A stretch of 64,000 nt of DNA, taken from Blastocystis sp. Blastoise (taxonomy: Eukaryota > Protista > Bigyra: Opalinata). Of this stretch, positions 42,315 through 64,000 are shown in pieces. The stretch's first letter is position 1. The number at the start of each line of letters is the position of its first letter. The translations under genes and the position numbers were made by a program. The stretch covers positions 1,426,001 through 1,490,000 of the forward strand of contig JBBPEB010000009.1 of the NCBI GenBank assembly GCA_039096225.1, in the 5' to 3' direction. The notes under the pieces are model-generated. The model was given only the letters and a program-made list of their open reading frames with translations. It had not been told where the DNA came from and did no database searches.

Positions 42315-42836
42315 ATGCTTACTTTATGTTCCAATAGTAGCATACACGATGAATCAAGTTTCAATTATTCATGTACTCATTTTTCATGTTTAAATATTCT
42401 AGCATTACTCTGTTATGCATGCATAAGTTGTGCTTCTATATACTATGGTCTTACCTATAAATCTTATGGTTTCTTGATATTAGGAATAGTTGTGTTTTTA
42501 TGGACATTTATTTTTGTTATTATATCGTCAATAAGTCTGATTCAAAATTCATTATATGAAAGAAGAATAAGACAACAGATTGAAGTAAGTATTATAAAAA
42601 GAATGAAAGCGATAGAAGATCAAAAAGAAATCGAAAAGAAACGTCAATTAGAAATAACAGAATTAGAAGAACAATGTTTATATACTGAAAAAGAACGTCA
42701 AAAAACGAAAATACTAGAATCTCATGATAGATGTGAGAATATTCATAAAGATATATTTGATTTAAATTCTATTTTTCTACCTGAATGTGAATCATTACCT
42801 GATATTACAAATCATATATATATATGTACAAAATAA
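42315..42836 (+). CDS. Hypothetical intronless 173-aa protein with two N-terminal TM helices and a charged coiled-coil tail
   Basis: Hydrophobic segments LNILALLCYACISCASIYYGL and GFLILGIVVFLWTFIFVIISSISLI, then an E/K/Q-rich helix; coding-like composition. Confidence 0.65.
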   Translation: MLTLCSNSSIHDESSFNYSCTHFSCLNILALLCYACISCASIYYGLTYKSYGFLILGIVVFLWTFIFVIISSISLIQNSLYERRIRQQIEVSIIKRMKAIEDQKEIEKKRQLEITELEEQCLYTEKERQKTKILESHDRCENIHKDIFDLNSIFLPECESLPDITNHIYICTK

Positions 42837-43211
42837 AATGTGTTTATATACTTGTTTTTCGAGTAGTTGTTTTTTATTATTATTTTATTTTTTGTAATTA
42901 TTTATATATTGTGTTCAAGTTGAAAATAGTCCTTTTTCTTTGTTATTAATAGTTACCACATAAATAAAAAAAATATAAAAAGAAAAACAAACCAAACAAA
43001 TAAATTGATCAAACAATAAATTAAAAAACAGCAATGGGAAATATATTTATATAGTCTAAGATATATATTTTAAAAAAACAAAAACAAAGAATATATTTAA
43101 TATAATATATATACTCTAGAATCATATAAAATGTATATGAATAATATACGTATATAGCTACTCTATAAATAAGCGATAATACTACAAATCTATTTATATA
43201 TAGTATTATAA

Positions 43212-53067
<9,856 letters not shown>

Positions 53068-53335
53068 GTGTTATTTAATTATGAAATAGGAAAAAAAATC
53101 AAAATTCCAAATATGAATTTATCTAGAAGAATACAAACAATATTTTTGATCAAAAATAATTCCGTCAAAAAACTCTGTTTTTCACGGGACACTTTACTGA
53201 CTCTATTTTTTTTTGTTCAGTATTTCATTTCTTTTTCCTCACATGATGTTACCGTTTTGTAATTTGATTCGTTTAGAACAATTGGTAAGAAGTTCAGAAG
53301 TAGCCAATGAATTCACAGAGTAATTCAGACGGTTT

Positions 53336-53475
53336 CAAGGTTCGCCAAACTGTACTTTGAGTACAGTCTGTACTCCAAGAGAGTTTTTATCTACGCCTTA
53401 TGCGCCTAAAAGTACCCATGAAACTGGCTCTTTTAGGAAATTTGTACTCCAAGAGAGTCTTCGTGGCGAACCCTG
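53336..53475. mobile_element. Non-autonomous hAT-type MITE, 140 bp
   Basis: TIRs CAAGGTTCGCCA (53336-47) and TGGCGAACCCTG (53464-75), 11/12 match; exact 8-bp TSD GACGGTTT at 53328-35 and 53476-83; internal 16-bp direct repeat TGTACTCCAAGAGAGT at 53369 and 53443. Confidence 0.88.
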
Positions 53476-53595
53476 GACGGTTTGCCAGTTTATAATGACG
53501 CATTTCATTCAGCTACAAGAATCTTAGAAATGAATGCCTGAGTCATTACATAAATTATTTTTATATTTACGCTCTATTATTACTTATTTTGAGAT

Positions 53596-54601
53596 ATGAG
53601 TACCTCTGCCGAAGAGTATTTTATATGTTTTATCAATATTTTAATATCGTTATTTAAATCATACATAGATCCTTGATTACCGAAAAAACTGAAGAGAAGA
53701 AAATCCAAATTTCTGAGGAAACAAAACAAGCCATTAATACTATTCATACTGCTATGAATTTGTTATTTAATACGTACATATTTTTTGAATGTTAAAGTCT
53801 TTAATTGTCTATAATTCTAGAAACCATGATGTAACTGAAGCCAATTATATTAGAAGAAGAGCAGCACTTGATTTTATTCAACGTCTTCATTTTCCACGTA
53901 TATACTTTTTTTAATTCTTTTGTTTTTATGGTTTTTTATATATTGAGTTTTTTATTTTATTCTTATTTGAATATTTATAGTTATTGGAAGAAACTCTCCT
54001 CTTTCTAAAACAACAAAGACCATTACTACTCAAGATGGATCTTCAATTACTATGATCATGTATCGTCCTAAGAATTTAGAGAATGAAAAACTTCCTTTTA
54101 TTTACTTATGTCATGGAGGTGGTTTTTGTCTAGGAAATATTGATACTTATGAACCACAAATAATTGAATTATGTCTTTTAATTCGACTTTGTATTATCTA
54201 TGTAGATTATCGACTTGCTCCTCAATATAAATTCCCTATTCCTATCACCGATTGCTCTGATGGCTTAATTGTATATTTGTTTATTTATAATTAATGATTT
54301 TTTTATGATTCTTTTTTTTTATATATTTTACACAATATTTTAATTATAATTTATTACTTATAATTTCTTTTATAGCATGTATTACATAATTCTGAAGAAT
54401 ATAAAGTAGATAATACCAAATATTTCCTCGTCGGAGATAGCGCTGGTGGTAGTCTTTGTATTAATGTCTATCATATAATCAAGAATATGAAAGATATTCA
54501 TCTACCTTTAGCTGAAGTATATATATATGTTGTTTTTTATTATTATTATGGTTATTTTTATTTTTATCATATTTTTATTTTTGTTATTATTTTTATTTTT
54601 A

Positions 54602-54696
<95 letters not shown>

Positions 54697-55329
54697 GATA
54701 CTTCTTTATCCAGTTATACATCGTGAAGCTTGTCAATATAAACGTATATGTTTATATATATTCTATATTCTTTATTATATATAGATATTTCTGAGGATTA
54801 TTTACCTGAAGAAGTTCGTGGAATGGAATTAAAAACACTCGAGAAAATGGGAGAATTCTATATTAATCCTGATCCTGTATATATATTAATATATATATAT
54901 TATATTTAATAAATATATTTTTATATACAATATTTTATTAATAACACTAATATATATAGGCTGTTATGTCTAAATATAAGGGTTTAGATATAGATGATGA
55001 TTATACTAATTTCCCTCCTTGTTATTTACTTATGTGTGAATATGATTATCTTAGTTATTTCTCTGAACAATTCTCACAACAACTTAAAGTATATTTATTG
55101 TTATTTATAAACTTTATAAAAATATATATTTACTTTATTTTCTCTTTAAAAAATAGTATATATACTTATATTCTCTCTATAGAACTTAAATCGTAAAATC
55201 GTTAATTACCGCGTTTCAGGTGCTGTTCATGGTATTTGGGAACAAGAAGATTTAAGTCATTATGTCAATCAAATTATTTGTACTTCGATTAACGATACAT
55301 TTAAAACTTTAGAAGAATCGAAACAATAA
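53596..55329 (+). CDS. Hormone-sensitive-lipase-family (Abhydrolase_3) esterase, multi-exon
   Basis: HGGGF oxyanion motif, VDYRLAPQYKFP, catalytic GDSAGG, FPPCYLLMCEYDYL (Asp) and GAVHG (His); TAA at 55327-55329. Confidence 0.9.
54606..54693. repeat. (ATT)n intronic microsatellite ending at the 3' splice site
   Basis: Uninterrupted ATT array directly followed by ATAG. Confidence 0.9.
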
Positions 55330-56733
55330 TATATTTATTAACATTCTTCTCTTTCTTGAATATTTTTTTTGTTTTCAAAATTATTCAATTTTATATATAT
55401 ATATATTTATACACAATTTTATAAGTATTTGTAGATATATTGATTCATATTCTTTTGAGTCACATTTTTGTTTTATTTGTTTGTAGTTTTATGTAAGTAG
55501 TATATATTTGTTGTGTTTTCTATTGTATTACTTTAAAAATTATCGAATTTAGTATTCATGCTAGTTCTTTTATATTTATATAAGTTTTAAAATATATATA
55601 TATATATATATTTTAGAAGTTTGATTTTCAATAATTTCTGTTTATGACCCAGATTATACAACAAAAAAGGTTTATGTGATTTAAATATAATATATTATCT
55701 TTATATATATATTCAACTTATTATGTATAAGTCAATCAGAGCTTTATGACATATATTAAAAAAATGATTGAATCAATTGATATCTAATTTCAGATATAAA
55801 GTTATCCTATAATATATGATTAGCATTTCAAGTATGTTGATCGTTAAATAAGCTATAATTCATAAAAACAATAATTTGTTACCTAATCAATTGGCTTCTC
55901 AGATAAATTAGATGTTATTAAAATAAACATATGAATGATATAATAATAAAAATAATTATTTTTTGAATTATGTATTGAAAATGATATCAGAAAACTTATA
56001 AGATGATAAAAAAAATGGTTTTATTATTTTTTTTTATTATTTATTTTTTATCATTTTTTTTTTGCTTTTATTTCATATATTATAATACGCATACTATTTA
56101 GCATAGCTTATATTTATTACAATTCAATCATTATGAACATTCATCTGTGAAAAATTTCACAATTACTTCATAAAATATATGTCTATTTATGACAAAACAA
56201 GTGTATTATAAACTGTATCTAATTTCTAATAATTTAAAAAGTGTATATACTTGTTTGATCATGTCATGAACACTTTCATGGTAAACAAAGTTATTACTCA
56301 TATTTAGCAACACATTCTAACTATGAAACCATGCTTAAAAATATCATGTTACAAAAAAAAATAAATGATATCATAACTCATTCTCTTTGGAATAACACTT
56401 TCTATATGTATTTCAGTTAGAAACAGCATCAAAAAGCTATTTACTGTTTAAAAACACTCATAATACTTATAAAGATTACTAAAAACACAAAAGAAACTTT
56501 TTACATCTTATTTATTTAAAATGAAAAACGAGGAGAATAAAAAATCATGTTTATTTCGGATTATTTTGATGAAATGTCTGTATAATTACGATTTTCAACG
56601 TTTGTAGATTTATGAAAAATTAATTTCTTTTTAAAATAAATATTTCTTTCTTTGCTATAAATCACTATTTAACATACCAGTTAATACACTGATTCTCAGG
56701 GCGTCTCAAAGAAAACGAATAAAAAGAATAAAT

Positions 56734-57557
56734 ATGTCTCAATCTCAAGAAGATCAACGAATTGTTGCAGACTGGCTTAATCAAATAGGTAAAATTATTT
56801 TCACAAATATATATAATTTATAAAATAGGCCTTGAGTATCTTGCTCCAAAATTATTCGAAAGTGGAATTGTTAGCGGAGTTCAACTTGCTGCTTTGAATG
56901 AAAGTGATATTCGAAAATGTATATAGAATATTGTTTTACAAGTTTATATCTTTTTCTAAAAGTTTTCTTTTCATAATTATCTTCGTTCTTCTATTCTATG
57001 TTTATTAGTGAATGTAAACGATATTGAAAAACTCAAATTGATCAATTTCATTAAAATTCTTAAACATACTGTATATATAAATAAGTTTTCATCACGACAA
57101 TTGTGTCTATATAGAGAAATCATGTCTACCGCGCAACACCTACAACAGTCAAACCAAAGTAAATTTTTTTTTATTACTTAAAAGAATAATCTATATATAG
57201 AAATAACGCAATGAACACGAACAGTTCTTCTTTTACACATTTTCAATTTCCCCGTGATTCTTTGTCTATAAATGAAGAAGATGAATGGATAAGTGGGAAT
57301 GATATGCAAGATTCTTTAGATATGCATTATATACCTGTATTTATTCAATTTAAATCATTTATTTAATAAGAATTATTTTTTTTTTTAGCAAATTAAACGA
57401 CCTGAAACAAAACATGAGTATATATATATAATTATTATTTGTTTTATTCATTATTCTATATATATATAGTCGCCGTACAGTGAGTGTTACAAATCGACGA
57501 ATCGAATCTCTTGGACCCCCATCGCGTCGAGGAAGACCAAGCGGATGTATATATATA

Positions 57558-57600
<43 letters not shown>

Positions 57601-59608
57601 TGTATAATATTGTTATTTATATATATCATTATTATTTATAATAATATTTATTTATTATTATTATACATTATTTATATAATGTTATGTTGTTTATGAATTA
57701 TTGTTTTTATTTATAATAATATCTATTTATTATTATTATTCATTATTTATATAATGTTATGTTGTTTATGAGTTATTATTTTTATTTATAATAATATCTA
57801 TTTATTATTATTATTCATTATTTATATAATGTTATGTTGTTTATGAGTTATTATTTTTATTTATAATAATATCTATTTATTATTATTATTCATTATTTAT
57901 ATACTATCACTATTTATATTCTATATAGCTCAATCTAGTTTATCAAATAATAATACTTTTAATAATAACTTTAATTTACAAACAAATAATATACCAATAT
58001 CTACAAATAATATTACTACTCCAAGTTTCTCATTTGATTCTCCTAATAATTATACAACTACTAATTCTGTATCTACTGTTGAAAGTACAGAATTATTAAT
58101 GAAAGTATATATATATTATATATATATTATATATTTTATATATATTATGATTTATATATATATATATTATGATTTATATATATATATATTTTATATATAT
58201 TATATATATATAATCTTTAGAAAAGAAAGTTAAATAAGGTGATTACTATATGCCGAAAACGCAGAAAAACCGCGGTAGAGCGTCGTCGTGGGGATATTGA
58301 AGGTATAACAATATTAAATGACCATGAATTACGATTATTAAGGCAAAAGTATATTTATATTATGATTTATATATATATATATATATATATTTAATTAATA
58401 TTATTGTAAATATTAAAAACATTATTATTGAAATATATATAAATATATATATATATAATATAGAGAAGATGGGAATTCATTTCCTTTTCGTTATATATAT
58501 GATCATTCCTATAATGAAGATATTAATAATGAAATTATATATTCACAAAATATTCAACCCTATCTTTCAGATTGTATTGAAACTGTATATATATATAGAT
58601 ATATTTAATAATATTTTATTTAATATATGTGTGATATTAATATATAATGAAAATATATTTTTATTTTTTATTCACATTAATGTTATATATATATATATAT
58701 TTATTATTATATACATATATTATTTCTATTTATATAGAAAATATTATTAATTATTAATTATTTATAATAGTTTTTATTTATAATAGAAAATATAATTCAT
58801 TATTATATATATATTATATATATATAGAGTACTCCTTTAATAACAATGGTCTATGGAACAGTAGGAAGTGGTCGCCGTTATACGCTGTTTGGTGCACCCT
58901 CACAATTGGGGGTTTGTGAACTGACTGCACGTGACCTTCTTTCTCAATATTGTAATACTACCATGAATAATAATAATAATAATAATAGTAGTTATATGTA
59001 TAATAATTATTCATTAGAAGTATCATTCTTAGAATTAAAGAATGGAAGTATATATGATTTATTAGATATGAGAAATAGAGTATTATTAAATGATTCTAAG
59101 GATATTAATGCTATATATCGTAATATTAAAAGTAAACCCATGCACAGTCTTCCTTCTATTCATCATCTACTTATGTATATATTATTATTATATTTATTTT
59201 ATTTATTATTATTATTTATGTCTTTACTATAATTATATTTATTATGTTTATTATTATTATTTATGCCTTTATTTATATATATACACTCTATAATTCTTCT
59301 ATAAATGAATTTTATATTTATAAAGATTTATTCTATTATTTTATATTATTATTCCCGTGATTATTTAAAGGAATGGCCTTGAAATCTCCTCTTGTTCCAA
59401 GGAAATGAATTCATTTCAAATCGTTATTTACACATTAAAAGACTTTAATAAACGAATTGTATATTATTATATTTATTCTATTTTTATATATAAAATTATT
59501 ATATTTATTATTATATATTATTATGATTTATATTTATAGAAAACAAGATTTGCATTTATATTAATTCCCGCGATTAACTCGATGTCTGCACCAAATCAAC
59601 CACCTCTG

Positions 59609-59644
<36 letters not shown>

Positions 59645-59687
59645 TAGAGCTGTAAAAAAACAATCTGTTGAACCATTTCGTACTCTA

Positions 59688-59739
<52 letters not shown>

Positions 59740-60034
59740 TTAAGTCAATATATAAAAGGATCTATTTCTTATACTTCTTCTACTCCAATTCCCCGTGAAT
59801 ATAAACTACTTTTTATATTAAAACCATTATTAGTGAATAATCCTTTATATATATATATAATCCCTGTACATCCTTGTGAAGAATATATAGAATTATATAT
59901 AGATATATGTAATTATATGACTCTATTTAAACCTCAAGATTGTATATATATATATATATGTTATATGTATATGCTATATTATTTATAGTAGATATGGTGA
60001 ATGAACTAAGTACAATTTCTGAAGATAATAGAGG

Positions 60035-60079
<45 letters not shown>

Positions 60080-60296
60080 GTCAATGGAAATTGATTCATC
60101 ACCAAAAAAAAGGTATATATATATATATTATATAATAATAATTAATTTCTTATATATATATATATATAGTTTTAGTGATAATAATATGAATAACTCCCTT
60201 AATGTATGTATATACAATTATATATATAGTTATATATATAGATATCATCACTATCTGATAATATATCTATTTATATGTATGCTGACAAAGCAAATG

Positions 60297-60380
<84 letters not shown>

Positions 60381-60578
60381 GAATAAAAGATTGTGTTAAT
60401 TCACTTGTTTCATTTCGAAATAAATATATTGACGAAGATACAGTCAACCTAGATCATCCTTCTGTATATATATATATATATATATTAACATTATATATAT
60501 ATATTAACATTATCTATATAGATACAAAAGTTACGAGAAGGTGTAACACAACTAAAAGATATTATTCAAACATTATAA
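56734..60578 (+). CDS. SAM-domain plus degenerate kinesin-13-like motor protein (KIF24-like architecture), very intron-rich
   Basis: [17 protein letters not shown] (SAM). Motor-like segments [71 protein letters not shown] and [20 protein letters not shown] align in order with a kinesin-13 motor; TAA at 60576-60578. Confidence 0.7.
57640..57900. repeat. 75-bp intronic minisatellite, ~3.5 copies
   Basis: GTTATGTTGTTTATGA recurs at 57681, 57756 and 57831. Confidence 0.85.
60300..60377. repeat. (AT)n microsatellite, ~78 bp, in a kinesin-gene intron
   Basis: Pure AT array ending in GTAG. Confidence 0.9.
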
Positions 60579-62568
60579 ATATATATATATAATAAATTTT
60601 CATTATTTTTCTATTTCATTTTCTTTTTTTCTCATTATTTTGTTATTTTTCTCTCTTTAATAGAATAACTTAGTATATATAAGAATTCTATAAAGTATTA
60701 TCTTTTCATCGTTTATCTATATACTTTTCTATATAGTTATATATATAAATGTTATTAATGTCATTTGTTCTTAGTATATTGTCTATTATGTGAAGCTCTT
60801 TTTTCGTTTTTAAATTAGTTTTATCAATAATTTGTTTTATTCTACTTCTACTATATATATTAACTTTCAATTACTTATAAAGTATATATAATAACAATTA
60901 CAGTGATTACCAAACTGTTTTTAAGTCAATTGCTATGACTGTCACAAAAATACATTTAAATCCTACTTAAAATGCCAAATATTAAATAAATATTTATACA
61001 CTGTCAAAAATGACCAAAAGTATCATATTTTTTTTGTGATAATTGTTTCACATCAAAAGTATGTTCTCAAAGAAGAGTTGTATCCACAAATGATTTCACA
61101 CTAATCTCAATAATAACTCTTTTTAAAATATAAATATTACTAGATATGTTTTTTGTTTCAATAGTTAATTATGCGTTAAAATATGTATTCTCATAAGATA
61201 TTCAAAAACTTAGTTTACTTTTATAACAATATTTAGTTGATGCTTTCAATTAAACTGTATTTTTTTGAATCAGAAAAGATATAATCATACTACTTATACA
61301 ACTATTTTATTATTTTATTGTTGATAATTATTATAGCCATTCTTTTCTGATATATGATAAGAAACTGATATTTTATTTTTGTTAAAGAAAGTGTAGTTCA
61401 TTTTATTATACTGTTATTATTGTTTATATTTTTATTCTTAGATATAATTATATGAATTTAGAGAGTAACTAATCTGTTTTATTTTATTGTTAAAGTTAAA
61501 AATATATTTTATAAAAGTAATAGTATTAATAGGCTATTTACATACATTAATAAGTATTCCTATGTATTTTATTTTAAATAGAATTGATAAAAAAAAATAT
61601 TATTATATTAAATATAAAATATATTTTTAGAATTATTAATAACACACTTTTTTTAAAATTATAATATACTTGAAGGAAAGAGTTAAATAAGTAGATATAT
61701 AGAAATAAATTAAATATAAAAAGCTTTAAATATCTGTATAATGATATAGAAAGAAATGTATTTAATAATATATGTATTAATAGTATAAATAATATCTATG
61801 CTATTTAACGTCTTTCATTTAATATAAGGATTTAAGGCAGATAATACTAACCAGAAAGTTTAAGTTTGATAAAGAAAAGAGAAGATTACTTTGAACATAA
61901 AAATGAGATTTGTTGAAGAAAGCAGAAATATTTAATGTGATTTCACTTCAGAATAGATGAATGATATTCTCCTGATAATCATTTCATATAAGACTATGTT
62001 TTACATCTTAATAGATATCTAAATGATATTTTAAGACAAATATTATTCATTTGTATTCATTTGAATTGTAAAAATATAATGTTTGAAAGAATGATTAATG
62101 ATTTGATAATAGTAACATTTTCCTATATAATATCAATAACCTAAACAAAGTATATACTCCATTTCTCCAAGTTGATTGACATAATTACAATTATTTTTCA
62201 TTTTATAGAGAATAAATGTATTCTATACTATAGTGGAAACATAAAGAGAATCTCATTTTAAATGAATACAAATAATATGCTTTGAAAAAGGGAATAATGT
62301 TTTCTTTCTGAAATTAATATGAATCTCAAATAAGTTTATCTGAATAAGACTGAATAAAAACCGTGGAAATTCTAATCTTATTGAGTCATTTTTTAATTTT
62401 TCATTCGTACTACCTTTTTGAAAATCTAGTTTTTTTCATTTTTAGAATTCATTTCATTTATCATTTATTATAACAATTCTGAAAGTATTTATTTGTTTCT
62501 TATATAAAGATATATCTTTTAAGAATAATAATATATTATCCTTCTGTGGTTATAGTTGAATTCAAGTA

Positions 62569-64000
62569 ATGTCCGCAACAGAATTTCAATTATCTGAAGA
62601 TAAATGTATTTGAATATGATTATAATGTGTTACTTAATTTTTTAGATTTATTTACTTTTCAAGATGAGACGCAATTATGGGTTTCAAAAGAATTCATTGA
62701 GAAATATCCTCAATTTCCCTTTCATGGTATCGTTGAACACTCTGAGAAATATGAGGATGGAAGTTATTACATGGATATAACTTCTTTTCCTATGAATAAA
62801 GTGATTGATTTTTTAATGGACGATAATGTGGATGTATTTTCATTAAATTTGAAAGAGAGTTATGATATATATATAACACTTGTTGAATATTCAGTTACGA
62901 TTGATAAAAAAATTCAAAGTGATTTATTGTTTCATATTAAAAATTTATTTTATAAATATTTGAAAGACAATAATTATGATGTATATGGATATCATTGTAA
63001 TTATATCGAATCGTGTATGCCTATGGATTTATTCAATATAGTAAAGAAAGATATATATTTTTATGGTATATATATATTTATAATATATATATATAGACTT
63101 ATTTACACCTCAACGAAAGGATGAATTATTATATTATTCTCTTCTTTTTAAAATGATGAATATTACTAAAGTTAGAATTATATGTAAATATATATTATAA
63201 TATAATATAAATAATAATAATATATAGATGATTATGCTTCGAATATTCCATTAGAATATATAAATCCATCGTGTATTCAAGATATATTCCCATCATTAAA
63301 GAAAGTAGAGATGGCTGGTATATACATATATTTCATTATATATATATATAGTAACAACGCATTATAAGAAAACTGATGTATTGTTGAATCCAAATAGTGA
63401 TGAATATATAATGGAATATAATCGGTTATTTAATAGATATGATTATGAAATAGAGAATCCTGAAGAATATGAATATTACAGTGAATCAGAGATGAATGAA
63501 TATTATAAGATTTCTTCTTTAGATCTTAATAAATTATATTATTTACATGATTTGATTGATTCTTATAATAAAAGAAGAGAAAAAAATAATTTACCTAAAT
63601 TATATAGATATGTCGTTAATGAAGCTATCTATACAGATGATTATTCAAGTGTAGAAACTAATGAAGAAGAAGATGAATACACATTAGATGATGAAGTCAG
63701 AATTGAATATGATTGTATATATAATATAAGAATATTATTTAATTTATTATTATTATATATAGATAAAACAAATGATAAAACTTTCTCGTAAATAATTATA
63801 TTATTTTTATTATACATTTTATTCTAATATATTAAATAGTATTTATCAAGTATCTACTGAACATGGTATATCTCAATTATTACTTCTTCCTTCCTATATG
63901 TGTACTTCAAAAATCATTTTAATTAAAGGTAAATAAATATATGAATAATAAATTTGTTAATTTATTTAGATTTATATCATCAAATTAATCCTATGTTTTT
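62569..64000 (+). CDS. Hypothetical multi-exon protein with N-terminal BTB/POZ-like region; 3' end runs off the window
   Basis: ATG 62569 MSATEFQLSEDK|YLFTFQDETQLWVSKEFIEKYPQFPF...DGSYYMD...KVIDFLM resembles a divergent T1/BTB domain; GT-AG exons continue to the window edge. Confidence 0.65.

Overview
Extremely AT-rich, gene-dense eukaryotic DNA with many short GT-AG introns full of (TA)n, (TAAA)n and (ATT)n microsatellites. Gene content and family style suggest a low-GC Blastocystis-like stramenopile (inference only). I rebuilt 15 protein genes by manual splicing: a BTB/coiled-coil protein (cut by the left edge), a PITH-domain protein, a DUF1647-like type II membrane protein, two paralogous giant type I surface proteins, a GPATCH4-like protein, an RluA-family pseudouridine synthase head-to-head with organellar Qri7/OSGEPL1, SERAC1, an ACSBG-type acyl-CoA synthetase, a small membrane protein, RME-8/DNAJC13, an HSL-family esterase, a SAM-kinesin-13-like protein, and a BTB-like protein cut by the right edge. 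There is also tRNA-Ser(AGA). The most notable unexplained signals are: (1) a recurrent GC-rich palindrome, consensus TTCCCRYGGGAA, written into short exons of many unrelated genes in different frames through rare synonymous codons; (2) an unassigned, highly structured ~215-nt RNA with a tRNA-like A/B-box head at 30545-30760; (3) introns that are literally G(TA)nG; (4) a 140-bp hAT-type MITE with an exact 8-bp TSD; (5) apparent pseudo-enzymes (kinesin without P-loop/switch motifs, RME-8 J domain without HPD, degenerate DUF1647). Exon boundaries were read by eye and no database searches were run.
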